From positions 64,001 through 128,000 of the forward strand of contig CBDFIQ010000001.1 of NCBI GenBank assembly GCA_965248195.1: a stretch of 64,000 nt of DNA. Direction: 5' to 3'. The notes under the pieces are model-generated. The model was not told the DNA's origin and did no database searches. It was given only the letters and a program-made list of their open reading frames with translations. Position 1 is the stretch's first letter, and the number at the start of each line of letters is the position of its first letter. The translations under genes and the position numbers were made by a program. This stretch comes from Longimicrobiales bacterium. Lineage in GTDB: Bacteria > Gemmatimonadota > Gemmatimonadetes > Longimicrobiales > Gaopeijiaceae. This document shows positions 29,963-38,719 of the stretch, in pieces.

Positions 29963-30913
29963 TTAGATGGACCCGTCCACATTGGTACTCCGGGACGCCT
30001 CCTCCCTCCAAGCCGCCCACCGCCTTTCGTTCCTTCGCCTGACGAGCACAGCCCCGACGGTCACCAGACCCACGCCGAGCAGGATCGCCCACCACCAGTG
30101 CTGGAGAGACTCGACCACGCAACCGGGGACCCTCACCCCTTTGTCCCTGAGCCCCCTCACTTCCGAGCAAACGTTCGAGCCATAGACGATGACGACATCG
30201 CCCCTTCCAAGCCCAGTGTTCTCCACCAAGGGCTGAATGGTCGCCAGGTCGGGCAAGTCGTGGACATAGAGCTCAGTCAACTCCGTCATGCCACGCATGG
30301 CGCCGATATCCGTGAGCGGGTTGAAGTAGACGCGGAGGGTCGTGAGTCGCGTCAGCCCACTCAATGCGCTGATGTCGCTGATGTCGTTGTAGCTGATGTC
30401 GAGATTGGTCAGCTGCGTGAGGCCGCTCAGAGCGCCGATGTCACCGATCTCGTTCTCGCGGATCTGCAGAAAGGTGAGATTCGTGAGTCCGGCCAGCGCA
30501 CTGACGTCCGCCACCGAGTTCGCCCCGAGGACGAGCCTGTTCAGGCTCGACAGTCCAGCCAGCTGGCTGATGTCGGTAATCGCGTTGTCCCAGAGATTGA
30601 GCTCTTCGAGGCCCGTGAGATTCTGGATCCCGTCCAGGTTCTCGATTTCGGCTTCCGCGGCGACCAGGTTGGTCAGCTCCGATACGAGGCCGCAGGTGAG
30701 ATCATCGCTCTCGCCAACCGAGAGGGTAGATCGTACAGCCGACTCCAGGTGCTCATCCTCGAACACTGCAATCGCTGAGCTGCTTTGGTCGCTGCAGGGC
30801 TCACTGGACTGGGCATCCGGTGCTCCGGTCCGATCAATCGCGTCGACTTGCGGGGCAGAGCTAGACCAGAAGAGGAGCGTACTCAGGACGATGGGCATGG
30901 ACATGAGATTCAC
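29963..30913 (-). CDS. internalin-like leucine-rich repeat protein, exported and C-terminally anchored
   Basis: 22-aa LRRs (ISALSGLTxLTxLxL..N.I.D); signal peptide; C-terminal TM. Confidence 0.88.
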   Translation of the reverse strand: MNLMSMPIVLSTLLFWSSSAPQVDAIDRTGAPDAQSSEPCSDQSSSAIAVFEDEHLESAVRSTLSVGESDDLTCGLVSELTNLVAAEAEIENLDGIQNLTGLEELNLWDNAITDISQLAGLSSLNRLVLGANSVADVSALAGLTNLTFLQIRENEIGDIGALSGLTQLTNLDISYNDISDISALSGLTRLTTLRVYFNPLTDIGAMRGMTELTELYVHDLPDLATIQPLVENTGLGRGDVVIVYGSNVCSEVRGLRDKGVRVPGCVVESLQHWWWAILLGVGLVTVGAVLVRRRNERRWAAWREEASRSTNVDGSI

Positions 30914-31042
30914 CCGGATACCACCATCTTACCGATGGACTCGACTGTGGTCCTCATACAATCTCCGTACCAGCGCCTGAGGCGCACCCCAGGCCACCCA
31001 ACTTTGGTCTCTACCGACTCTACAGCCTTCTCTCGCGCTGGC

Positions 31043-31188
31043 GCATAACGGTCCAGGCGCTCCCGACGCGGAGGTGAGCGTAGCTCACCGGAGTGTCCCG
31101 AAGGGCCGGGCCCGCGTCCATGGATAAGCCACACGCGTACGGCGCGAAAGCGCTCCATGAGGGCCCGAGCGGGAGCGCAGCGTTATGT
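31043..31188 (-). other. attC-like recombination site 1
   Basis: plus strand GCATAAC...GTTATGT cores with inner stem GCGCTCCCG/CGGGAGCGC. Confidence 0.8.
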
Positions 31189-31218
31189 GACGTGTAGCTG
31201 GCGGTCGAGCCGCACCGT

Positions 31219-32016
31219 TCAACCCATGCCGCTTGTGAAGCCGCCCATCAGGTCCACAGCTCCGTGCGTCACTCGGCCTCGGTTGAACACCCAGTCGATG
31301 AGAAGGAGGAAGATGCCGCTGACCCATGCGGCGTAACCGTAGCCGATGTAGCTGCCGGTCAGAAATGAGTAGAACCAGTCCTGAACGAAGAGGTAGCCGA
31401 TAATCGAGACGCCGGTGGCCGCGAGGAGAAGCCAGAGTGCCAGTCGAGCGGCTTCCGGCGCGGCACGCCCGGCGAACGAGGCGACGAAGACCATCAAGAA
31501 GAGGGCCGCGTTGATCCCGCTGAAGATCCGAAGATCGCGGACGAGGTCGGTGACGGCCTCGGAGTACCGACCCCGCGCCCAGGACAGGGCGGTTTCGGAA
31601 CCTCGCTCCAACAACGAGACCTGAAACGCTCCCAACTCGTTGATCATCGCCGCCAACGTGTCTGTTGACATGCAGTTGTAGTGACAGAGGCTCGCCAAGG
31701 CGTCTGCGAGTCGCGTGCTGAGTCCCGCGCTCAGAGCACTTCGCAATGTGTCCGCGCGATCGGAGAAGACCTCGGCCAAGGCACCGAGTCGACCCGAACT
31801 CATTACTGAATCCAGTTGGCTGAACCTCACATCTACTTCGGCCGTGACGCGTTCCACGACATAGTCATGAGCGCGCGTCTCGAGGCTCCCCGGGAAGAGC
31901 CATGCTAGCGCGAAGCAGGCGGAGAACAGGAGCGAGCCAGCCCCGGCTATTGCACGAAGGCCCGGGTCGGCGGCAGCAAGGCCCCGACCGCGCGAGCCCT
32001 CCGACTGATCAGCCAT
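31219..32016 (-). CDS. cassette: hypothetical multi-TM membrane protein
   Basis: ORF fills the interval between att sites; cassette ends complementary at 14/17 nt. Confidence 0.75.
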   Translation of the reverse strand: MADQSEGSRGRGLAAADPGLRAIAGAGSLLFSACFALAWLFPGSLETRAHDYVVERVTAEVDVRFSQLDSVMSSGRLGALAEVFSDRADTLRSALSAGLSTRLADALASLCHYNCMSTDTLAAMINELGAFQVSLLERGSETALSWARGRYSEAVTDLVRDLRIFSGINAALFLMVFVASFAGRAAPEAARLALWLLLAATGVSIIGYLFVQDWFYSFLTGSYIGYGYAAWVSGIFLLLIDWVFNRGRVTHGAVDLMGGFTSGMG

Positions 32017-32105
32017 GGCGATCTCTGAAGCTGGATGGGCGGACAGATGCTATATGTCAATATTACATGTCACTGTTACATGTCATATGGGGGATGCTAC
32101 GTGTC

Positions 32106-32198
32106 ACTTAACGTTCAGAGGTTGCCGGCGCGGCGCCTCCGGCGCCGTGCTCTCCGGAGCGAACATAGTGAGCGTAGGCGGCAACCTACTTGTTATGA
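32106..32198 (-). other. attC-like site 2
   Basis: ACTTAAC...GTTATGA; stem AGGTTGCCG/CGGCAACCT; near-identical to site 3. Confidence 0.85.
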
Positions 32199-32220
32199 GT
32201 CGTGCGACCGATTGCACAAC

Positions 32221-32607
32221 TCAATCGTCGATGCCAAGCAAGATATCGGCGGGGATCCCAAGGAGGCGCCTCAGTCCCTCAACCTGAGCCTTGGAAAGTT
32301 CTCGTTTGCCATTCAGGAAGTCCGATACGCGGCTCTTTCCACCCATCACCTGATCGAGATCCGAGCGGTCCAGTTCCTTCTGCTCCAGCATGAACGTCAC
32401 GGCCTGCTGGGGCGTCACCGAACCCATGGGGTAACGCTCGTCCTCGTAGTGCTCCACCAATACCGAGAGGAATTCCAGCCGGTCGTAGCCCTCACTCCCA
32501 GGCTCGACGTCCTCGTCTACCAGTTGTTCGACCTCCGCAATCGCGGCCTCATACTCCGCGTCGCTCCTCAAGACATGTGGCTTCGAGAAGTCCAGTACCG
32601 TTGTCAT
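32221..32607 (-). CDS. higA: cassette: HigA-type antitoxin (HTH)
   Basis: LEFLSVLVEHYE...KSRVSDFLNGKRELSK; downstream of the toxin. Confidence 0.85.
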   Translation of the reverse strand: MTTVLDFSKPHVLRSDAEYEAAIAEVEQLVDEDVEPGSEGYDRLEFLSVLVEHYEDERYPMGSVTPQQAVTFMLEQKELDRSDLDQVMGGKSRVSDFLNGKRELSKAQVEGLRRLLGIPADILLGIDD

Positions 32608-32626
32608 AATGCGTCTCCTCCCGCGC

Positions 32627-32929
32627 TCACAGCGCTCCTTCAATCGACTTCCGGTCGTACTCCTCATGCGTCAGCACGTGACGGACGTACACTCGTCTGA
32701 GATCGTATCGCATATCGACGACCAATCGATACTTGTTCCCACCAATGTTGAAGATCGTCCGACGCGCACCTAGAAAGCTCGCCGTCGGAAAGTCCGCCCG
32801 TAGCTCGTGGGGCGATCGATAGTCTTGCGACTTGATGATCCGGTACCACGCATCCAGTGGAGCCTCAGCGTCAGCGTGTTTCTCGGCGAACTGGCGTAAA
32901 GGCCTCCGCGAGATGATCCGCACCGCCAC
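32627..32929 (-). CDS. higB: cassette: HigB family toxin
   Basis: RIISRRPLRQF...LDAWY...FNIGGNKYRLV...LTHEEYD. Confidence 0.9.
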   Translation of the reverse strand: MAVRIISRRPLRQFAEKHADAEAPLDAWYRIIKSQDYRSPHELRADFPTASFLGARRTIFNIGGNKYRLVVDMRYDLRRVYVRHVLTHEEYDRKSIEGAL

Positions 32930-33022
32930 TCCCCACCAAACAAGTTCCTGGATCGGAAATATACATTACCAACATGGGAACATCGTCACCTGAGGTCAAC
33001 TCCAGTCCGTAGGGAGCATGAC

Positions 33023-33115
33023 GCATAACGTTCAGAGGTTGCCGGCGCGGCGCCTCTGGCGCCGTGTCCTCCGGAGCGAACGTAGTGAGCGCAGGCGGCA
33101 ACCGCACTGTTATCG
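33023..33115 (-). other. attC-like site 3
   Basis: GCATAAC...GTTATCG; stem GGTTGCCG/CGGCAACC. Confidence 0.85.
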
Positions 33116-33148
33116 GACGGCGCTACCTTATCGCCAATCGCACCGGTC

Positions 33149-33229
33149 TTTAAACGAACTCGGCTGCTCTCCGCGGGCGCAGCACGCGACCCTCACGTTA
33201 TACGCGACAGTAGCAATCGCTTGTTATGC
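33149..33229 (-). other. degenerate attC-like site 4
   Basis: TTTAAAC...GTTATGC; its inner end GTTATGCGGCG is the exact complement of CGCCGCATAAC at 34152-34162. Confidence 0.6.
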
Positions 33230-33233
33230 GGCG

Positions 33234-33306
33234 ATCCACCTGGATTAGCTCTTCGTGACGGGCGCGAGGCCGTGGAGCCCGCTTCCACGAGAGCTAGTCA
33301 TTATCC
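33234..33306 (-). other. decayed att-like hairpin with both cores mutated
   Basis: AGCTCTTCGTG...CACGAGAGCT stem with the same 6/4-nt spacing to ATCCACC and ATTATCC. Confidence 0.45.
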
Positions 33307-33314
33307 GACCACGG

Positions 33315-34028
33315 TCACGTGCAGGCACCGGACCTGAGAAGGAGCAAATGCTCGCGTCCGGGGACATCGATAAGGTGCTCTGAATTACTGAGACTGAAAC
33401 CCGGTACAGGAGTTAGCAGGCGATTACCGGGCTCGCAGTTCGTAAGGTTGGTCGTTCGGACTTGGCCAACGATCGGGATCTCCAGACACCGCCCGTTCTG
33501 ACTAACCAGGAGAGTACCGGCATCATCGTAAGCTAGACTTAGGAACTTGACGCCAACCAGAGTGAAATCAAAAGCGGGAGTGACCCCGGCGGGCATACGA
33601 ACGGAGCCGTCTCGCCTCGCGAGCTCCGCACAACTCGGACACCCCACCACCAAGGCGTCCCCTTCTAGAACCAACGTGCCCGTTGATGTCAACACGATCG
33701 GTTCGCGCTCGTTCGAGAAGCCTGCCACGGCGACAGAAGCCTGACCAAGGGATGTGCAATACATGCCGCCGGTGTAGCCCGACACAACTACCTCCAACGA
33801 GTCTGGTGAAGACCCGTCAGGCACGCGCACGCGAAATTCCGAGTAACCCCTTGCGTCCTCAGGCCCACGGCTGATGAGAATCGAGGCGAGATCTCGCACG
33901 CTAATCTCCATCTCCACGCAGCCCAGTTCATCACCAGGGCACTCTGAAAGCAGGCTGACTTCTTGGGATGAGCTCGGATGTGCGACGCAAGCAAGCGTAC
34001 TGACCAGAAGTATCGAAGACGAACGCAT
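33315..34028 (-). CDS. cassette: hypothetical Cys-containing secreted protein
   Basis: ORF within complementary cassette ends; signal-like MRSSSILLVSTLAC; start uncertain. Confidence 0.6.
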   Translation of the reverse strand: MRSSSILLVSTLACVAHPSSSQEVSLLSECPGDELGCVEMEISVRDLASILISRGPEDARGYSEFRVRVPDGSSPDSLEVVVSGYTGGMYCTSLGQASVAVAGFSNEREPIVLTSTGTLVLEGDALVVGCPSCAELARRDGSVRMPAGVTPAFDFTLVGVKFLSLAYDDAGTLLVSQNGRCLEIPIVGQVRTTNLTNCEPGNRLLTPVPGFSLSNSEHLIDVPGREHLLLLRSGACT

Positions 34029-34192
34029 GCGCTTTCTCCAATCGCGGGCCCAGGGCGAGTCCATTCTTAACGGTATGGAGCCCTTCTGTGAGGAACAAGC
34101 GTGATTACCGAAGAACCAACGACAATCTGCCGAAGATGCACACCTGCCGACCGCCGCATAACTACTGATTCTACCACACCCCACTCGTTCTC

Positions 34193-35568
34193 GGTCAAGT
34201 CCCGATTTGTGTGTAAAAGCGGAGGAAGCTCCTCGCCTTCGGCTAGGCTGCTTGGGCGACCTCCTGTTTCTGGAGGAGTGAGAGGTCGAGGTAACGCCGG
34301 TCGCCCCAGACGTGTGTGGTCCTGAGTGCGACGGCCGTGATGAGCCTGAGGGCGCTGGCCCGGTCCGGGAAGGCGCCGGCGGCCTTGATCCTGCGTTTGA
34401 TCTCGCCGTGCAGCCGCTCGAGGCTGTTGGTGGTACGCAGCCGGGGCCAGTGCGCCTCGGGGAACGCGTAGAACTGCGTCGCTGCCCCGAAGCCCCGCTC
34501 CAGGACCTCCACGGCCTCGGGCAGCTCCTTCTTCCAGCGTGCGCCGAACTCGCCCAGGAGCTTCTTCGCCTCGGCGAGTCCGGATGTCTGGAAGATCACC
34601 GAGACCTCACGCGCCACGCGCTTGCGTAGGCGGTGGGGGACCCTCGCCCCCACATTACGCTGCAGATGGACCGTACACCTCTGACGGCGTGCCTCGGGCA
34701 GGAAGCGGCGGACCGCAGCTGCCAGGCCTGCGTGCTCATCGGCGATCACGAGCTCGACACCGCCGAGGCCGCGGTCCTGGAGTTGCTCGAGGAGCTCCGA
34801 CCAGCTCTGCTGCGACTCCTCAGCGCCCAGCGTGACGGCCAGGAGCCGTCGGTGACCCTCAGGGCCCACTGCATACGCCACGAGCGCACTCACGTTCTCG
34901 ACTTTGCGGGCCCAGCGGGCGTCCAAGAACGTGGCGTCCAGGTACAGATAGGGGTGAGGCCCCTCGATCGGCGCACGGCGCAGCCCTTCCACGGCCTCGT
35001 CGAGCCGTTTTGCCACACGACTCACCGTCGAGCGCCCAACACGCTCGCCCATCAGCGCCTCGGTGACGTCGCCCATCTTGCGCTGTGACACGCCGCTCAC
35101 ATACGCCTCGACCATCATCTCGTCGAGCTCGGGGCTCCTGCGCTGGTAGCGGCCGATCACGTCGGCCGGCGAACCGTTGTCCCGGCTCCGGGGCATGGCG
35201 ACCTCGATCTGCCCCAGGCTCGTCAGCAGCCGCCTCAGGTATGTGCCGTTCCTATGGTCCTTCCGGCTTCCCACCCGCTCGAAGCGGCGTGCACCTACCA
35301 TGGCCTTCAGCTCCTCTTCCAGCACCATCTCGAGCGTCAGCCGGATCGCGCCTTGAAACAGCTCGCGCAAATCATCGCGTAGCTCGTCTTGCGTGGCCCG
35401 ACCGATCTCCACAATCTCTTGCATCGGAAGCTCCTCTCCGGTTCCGAGCCTGCTCTGCAGACCCGGACTCCCGGGTTCATGTGACAGTGAACAACAACAG
35501 AGGAGCTTCCGTTTTTCTTTCCCTCCTGTCCAGCTTATCCGCTTTTACACAAATCTAGGGACACTACC
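34193..35568 (-). mobile_element. IS256-family insertion sequence, copy 1 (1376 bp)
   Basis: imperfect ~31-bp terminal IRs (GGTCAAGTCCCGATTTGTGTGTAAAAGCGGA / GGTAGTGTCCCTAGATTTGTGTAAAAGCGGA); 9-bp TSD CTCGTTCTC at 34184-34192 and 35569-35577. Confidence 0.95.
34243..35424 (-). CDS. IS256 family DDE transposase
   Basis: RNGTYLRRL, GVSQRK, YLYLDA, IADEH.GL, QRCTVH, TTNSLER. Confidence 0.95.
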   Translation of the reverse strand: MQEIVEIGRATQDELRDDLRELFQGAIRLTLEMVLEEELKAMVGARRFERVGSRKDHRNGTYLRRLLTSLGQIEVAMPRSRDNGSPADVIGRYQRRSPELDEMMVEAYVSGVSQRKMGDVTEALMGERVGRSTVSRVAKRLDEAVEGLRRAPIEGPHPYLYLDATFLDARWARKVENVSALVAYAVGPEGHRRLLAVTLGAEESQQSWSELLEQLQDRGLGGVELVIADEHAGLAAAVRRFLPEARRQRCTVHLQRNVGARVPHRLRKRVAREVSVIFQTSGLAEAKKLLGEFGARWKKELPEAVEVLERGFGAATQFYAFPEAHWPRLRTTNSLERLHGEIKRRIKAAGAFPDRASALRLITAVALRTTHVWGDRRYLDLSLLQKQEVAQAA

Positions 35569-35585
35569 CTCGTTCTCGCGCTGTC

Positions 35586-35739
35586 GTCTAACGTTCTAGA
35601 GTTCCGAACCGGCGCGTCCGCATGCGCACCGGTTCAGCTCTCTTCACTGACTTCCTGCACTGCTTCCTGGCTCACCACCGTTCGCGCCGGTTTCTCCGGA
35701 GCGGCCACAGGCCGCGTAGGCGGAACTCGTTTGTTAGGC
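35586..35739 (-). other. attC-like site 5
   Basis: GTCTAAC...GTTAGGC; stem GAGTTCCG/CGGAACTC. Confidence 0.85.
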
Positions 35740-35773
35740 GCTGCGCGCTCCAGGTCACCAGACCAAGCCTCAT

Positions 35774-36265
35774 TCACGACCCTTTTGGATCAAGGACCCG
35801 ATAGGGCACCCCAATCCACGCGCCGGTTGAATCGGTCCGGAGAAAGAACCGAACCTCGCATTCCCGCTCGAAGAGTCTGAAGAGGGGGATCCCTTCGAAT
35901 TCCCAACTGACCCTTACGACATCCGACTGCCCAGCGTCTAGCACGAAGGGCCCATAGGCCTCGGCCCCGGTCGAGAAGGTCCTCGCAGTGAAGACCTCAG
36001 TCCCCGCCGCGAGAGCGATTGAGTCAATCGCCACTGGGACGAGCGTTGGGTTTTCGAACCGGATCCGAACAGAGGCCCATTCGTTGCCGACTAGTCCACC
36101 AATTCGTCCGGTTTCCGCGACGATTAGACCAACCCTCCCAACCCATGTGGCAGAATCAGTTTGGGTCCATTCGGCTGGTGCGATGTCGATCCCTGGATCA
36201 CAGGCAAGGAGAGCGAGGATCATCCCGCTACACCCGATTCGACAGACTCGCCACCACCGCATCAT
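35774..36265 (-). CDS. cassette: hypothetical lipoprotein
   Basis: LALLAC lipobox-like; ends GTTAGGCGCT/AGCGCCTAAC perfectly complementary. Confidence 0.7.
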   Translation of the reverse strand: MMRWWRVCRIGCSGMILALLACDPGIDIAPAEWTQTDSATWVGRVGLIVAETGRIGGLVGNEWASVRIRFENPTLVPVAIDSIALAAGTEVFTARTFSTGAEAYGPFVLDAGQSDVVRVSWEFEGIPLFRLFERECEVRFFLRTDSTGAWIGVPYRVLDPKGS

Positions 36266-36296
36266 CCCCTGAAATTCTCCTTAGGTATTGAGTAGC

Positions 36297-36455
36297 GCCT
36301 AACGTTTCAGGACTCCGAACTGGCCCCGTCCAAAACGATTCCAGCCTCAGCTCTCTGCGAAGCAACACCTTCGTTCCCCGACCCCATTCTGCCCATGGGC
36401 CAGTTGGGTCGAAGGCCGCCGTCAGGCGGCCGAAGCCGGAGTCCGATTGTTATAT
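36297..36455 (-). other. attC-like site 6
   Basis: GCCTAAC...GTTATAT; stem GGACTCCG/CGGAGTCC. Confidence 0.85.
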
Positions 36456-36528
36456 GCCGTCGCTTCCAAGGGAGGTAGTCAGGCCAACCTACACGACCTT
36501 GCGAGTATGCGTCTCAGTCTTTGGGCTG

Positions 36529-37104
36529 CTACCACACCTTCCACCAAGGCCGTGACCTCCTCGGAGCAAGGTCGGCGAAGACCCTCGGGGCGGCCTTCAA
36601 GGGGCCCACTGGATCCTCGTCGTGCTTGAAGCCAGTGATCTCCTTCGCCGCGAGCAACGGCAAGTCGAACACGAAATCGACCTCGGCTCGACCTGCGTCC
36701 TCCTTCTTCTGCTCCTCGAATATGCCTTGGCGCAGTTCGTCAAAGCCCTCCGGCAGCTCCCCTCTCAGCTCGAGCTCGTACTTCCCCTTCTGGGCGTCAT
36801 GCGCCAGCCGCCAAACTTCGCTCCCGCCTTTCCAGTACGCGGCCGAGCTATACATGACGTGCTCCTCCACTGCGCAGGCGACACAGCTATACCGCTGAGA
36901 AAGGGACCTGAGGAACTCCGGGTCGACCAGACGATGGTCGCATCGCTGACCAACGAGCACGAACCATCCCCCTTCCAGGGCACAGCCTGAGATGGAGGCT
37001 TCGAAGTAGGGATCGGGCTCTGCACTCGGCTCGATACGTGCCTCTTGGAACAGCGCGGACGGATCCTCTGTCTCCACTGCAAGCCATGCGATGGCGTAGC
37101 CCAC
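36529..37104 (-). CDS. cassette: hypothetical protein ending in PWWKVW
   Basis: ORF between att sites with GGAGG RBS. Confidence 0.8.
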   Translation of the reverse strand: MGYAIAWLAVETEDPSALFQEARIEPSAEPDPYFEASISGCALEGGWFVLVGQRCDHRLVDPEFLRSLSQRYSCVACAVEEHVMYSSAAYWKGGSEVWRLAHDAQKGKYELELRGELPEGFDELRQGIFEEQKKEDAGRAEVDFVFDLPLLAAKEITGFKHDEDPVGPLKAAPRVFADLAPRRSRPWWKVW

Positions 37105-37175
37105 TATTCGGCCTCCCTGTTCAACTGCACGGGTCTAGTCATGGATCGCGTAGCCAAGCGCAGCCTGGCGATGGC

Positions 37176-37269
37176 GCATAACGTTCAAAGTTGCCGTCGC
37201 GGCTCGCGAACGCGAGCCGTGATCGTCGTAGTGAGCGCAGCGAACGAAGCCGGCAACTGTTTGTTAGCC
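37176..37269 (-). other. attC-like site 7
   Basis: GCATAAC...GTTAGCC; stem AGTTGCCG/CGGCAACT. Confidence 0.88.
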
Positions 37270-38563
37270 GGCGTCCGTAGCATCAAGACGACTCAGCAGT
37301 GCCACAACCTCCTCGGCAGTCGGCATCGGAGCGGATAGGACCTCGTCGATGACCACGCTTAGGTCCTGCCTGATCTCTTGCAGTAGTTCGTCGGCAAGGA
37401 GCACAGCAGTGGCTGAGAAGGACCGCCCGGCGTCCTCGAATTCGAGCCAGACGGGGTCCGTCACAAACGACCGTTGTTGAGGGATCTTGGTGAATCTGAC
37501 GTCTACGATCCAAGCACATCCGCGACGCAACGACGGGCGACACGGCTTCCCCCGCGATCCGCGTTCCGTAGGGCAGAATCCGCCGGAGCGACCCGTGCAA
37601 CGCCGTTCCCCTCGCCCGCAGTGGGTCGCCTGGAGGAGCAGGGGGCTTCGGTGGCCCATTCACGGTGGCCAGCGTGTGTACCTGCACACCAACCGGAAAG
37701 CTCACTCGAAGTGACACGTCACTAGCCGGCGCCGTCCCGTCGTTCCGCACCCTGAACCGCAGCGGTTGCAGGTGCACCGTGCTCTGGAGGTATTGATTCA
37801 GCGAATTCAGCCACGTGCCGACCGCTGCGAGATAGGTCGAGATTCTACGCTCCTCATCTCGCGCCTCCGGTGGAATGAGCGCAGGATCGAAGTTTTTGAA
37901 GCGCTTTGAGGGGTCGGGGTACTTGGCCTCTATAGAAGTCGCCACACCACGAATCAGAGAATCAGGGAAGCGGAGCGCCTGTCGCGGCCACTCGATTTCG
38001 AGTATCGGGCCCTCACCGAAATCCACGTGCAGGTCAGGGCGACGTGCCCTCTCCTTTTCAAGTTCGGCCTTTAGGCGCCTGATCTCATGGACCTGGGGGT
38101 CCTGCGATGCCGGTAGTGAGTAGCGAGACGGCATGTCCCACGCACGGATACCGACAAGCCCTGCGGCTATCCTGGGCGTAACATCATGAGTTACCAACCC
38201 CACCGCATGAGCTGACTCCTGCAGACGCAACCCGATCGCCACGAGGCGATGATCCGGGTTGGAGCGACTCAGGTTAAGCGCCTCGAAGTCCGCCTGAGGC
38301 TGCAGCGAGCAGAATTCTAGGAGCGTCCCATCGGACAGCTTGATCGGCGACCCTGACGACTGGATCTTCTCGATCAGCCCCAGGATCCGCCGAGCCCGGT
38401 CGCGGCGTCGCGCGTTCGGGTGGGCATCCTTGAGCTCGTCCAGCTCCTCGAGGTTGACCCAGGTCATCCTCACCGCTTCCACCTGACAACCTGCGACCTC
38501 CGCCCAGTCTGCGCCCTCGAAGTCGAAGTGCAGCAGGACGTTGGTATCGACGATGATATTCAT
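37264..38563 (-). pseudogene. cassette: PIN-domain protein with probable frameshift near the 3' end
   Basis: IIVDTNVLLH...EELDELK...NPDHRL...LVTHD PIN motifs; a plausible C-terminus in another frame stops at the TAA within the att core (37264). Confidence 0.7.
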
Positions 38564-38616
38564 ACCAACTCTCACTCCTCAATCACCCGTCTCCACCTCC
38601 TCACAGTGCGGATGCC

Positions 38617-38709
38617 GGCTAACGTTCCAGGGTGCCGACGCGGCTCGCAACGCGAGCCGTGTTCTCCGGAGCGAACGCAGTGAGCGCAGGCGGCACCCGT
38701 GTGTTAACT
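38617..38709 (-). other. attC-like site 8
   Basis: GGCTAAC...GTTAACT; stem GGGTGCCG/CGGCACCC. Confidence 0.88.
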
Positions 38710-38719
38710 GACGTGCGGC

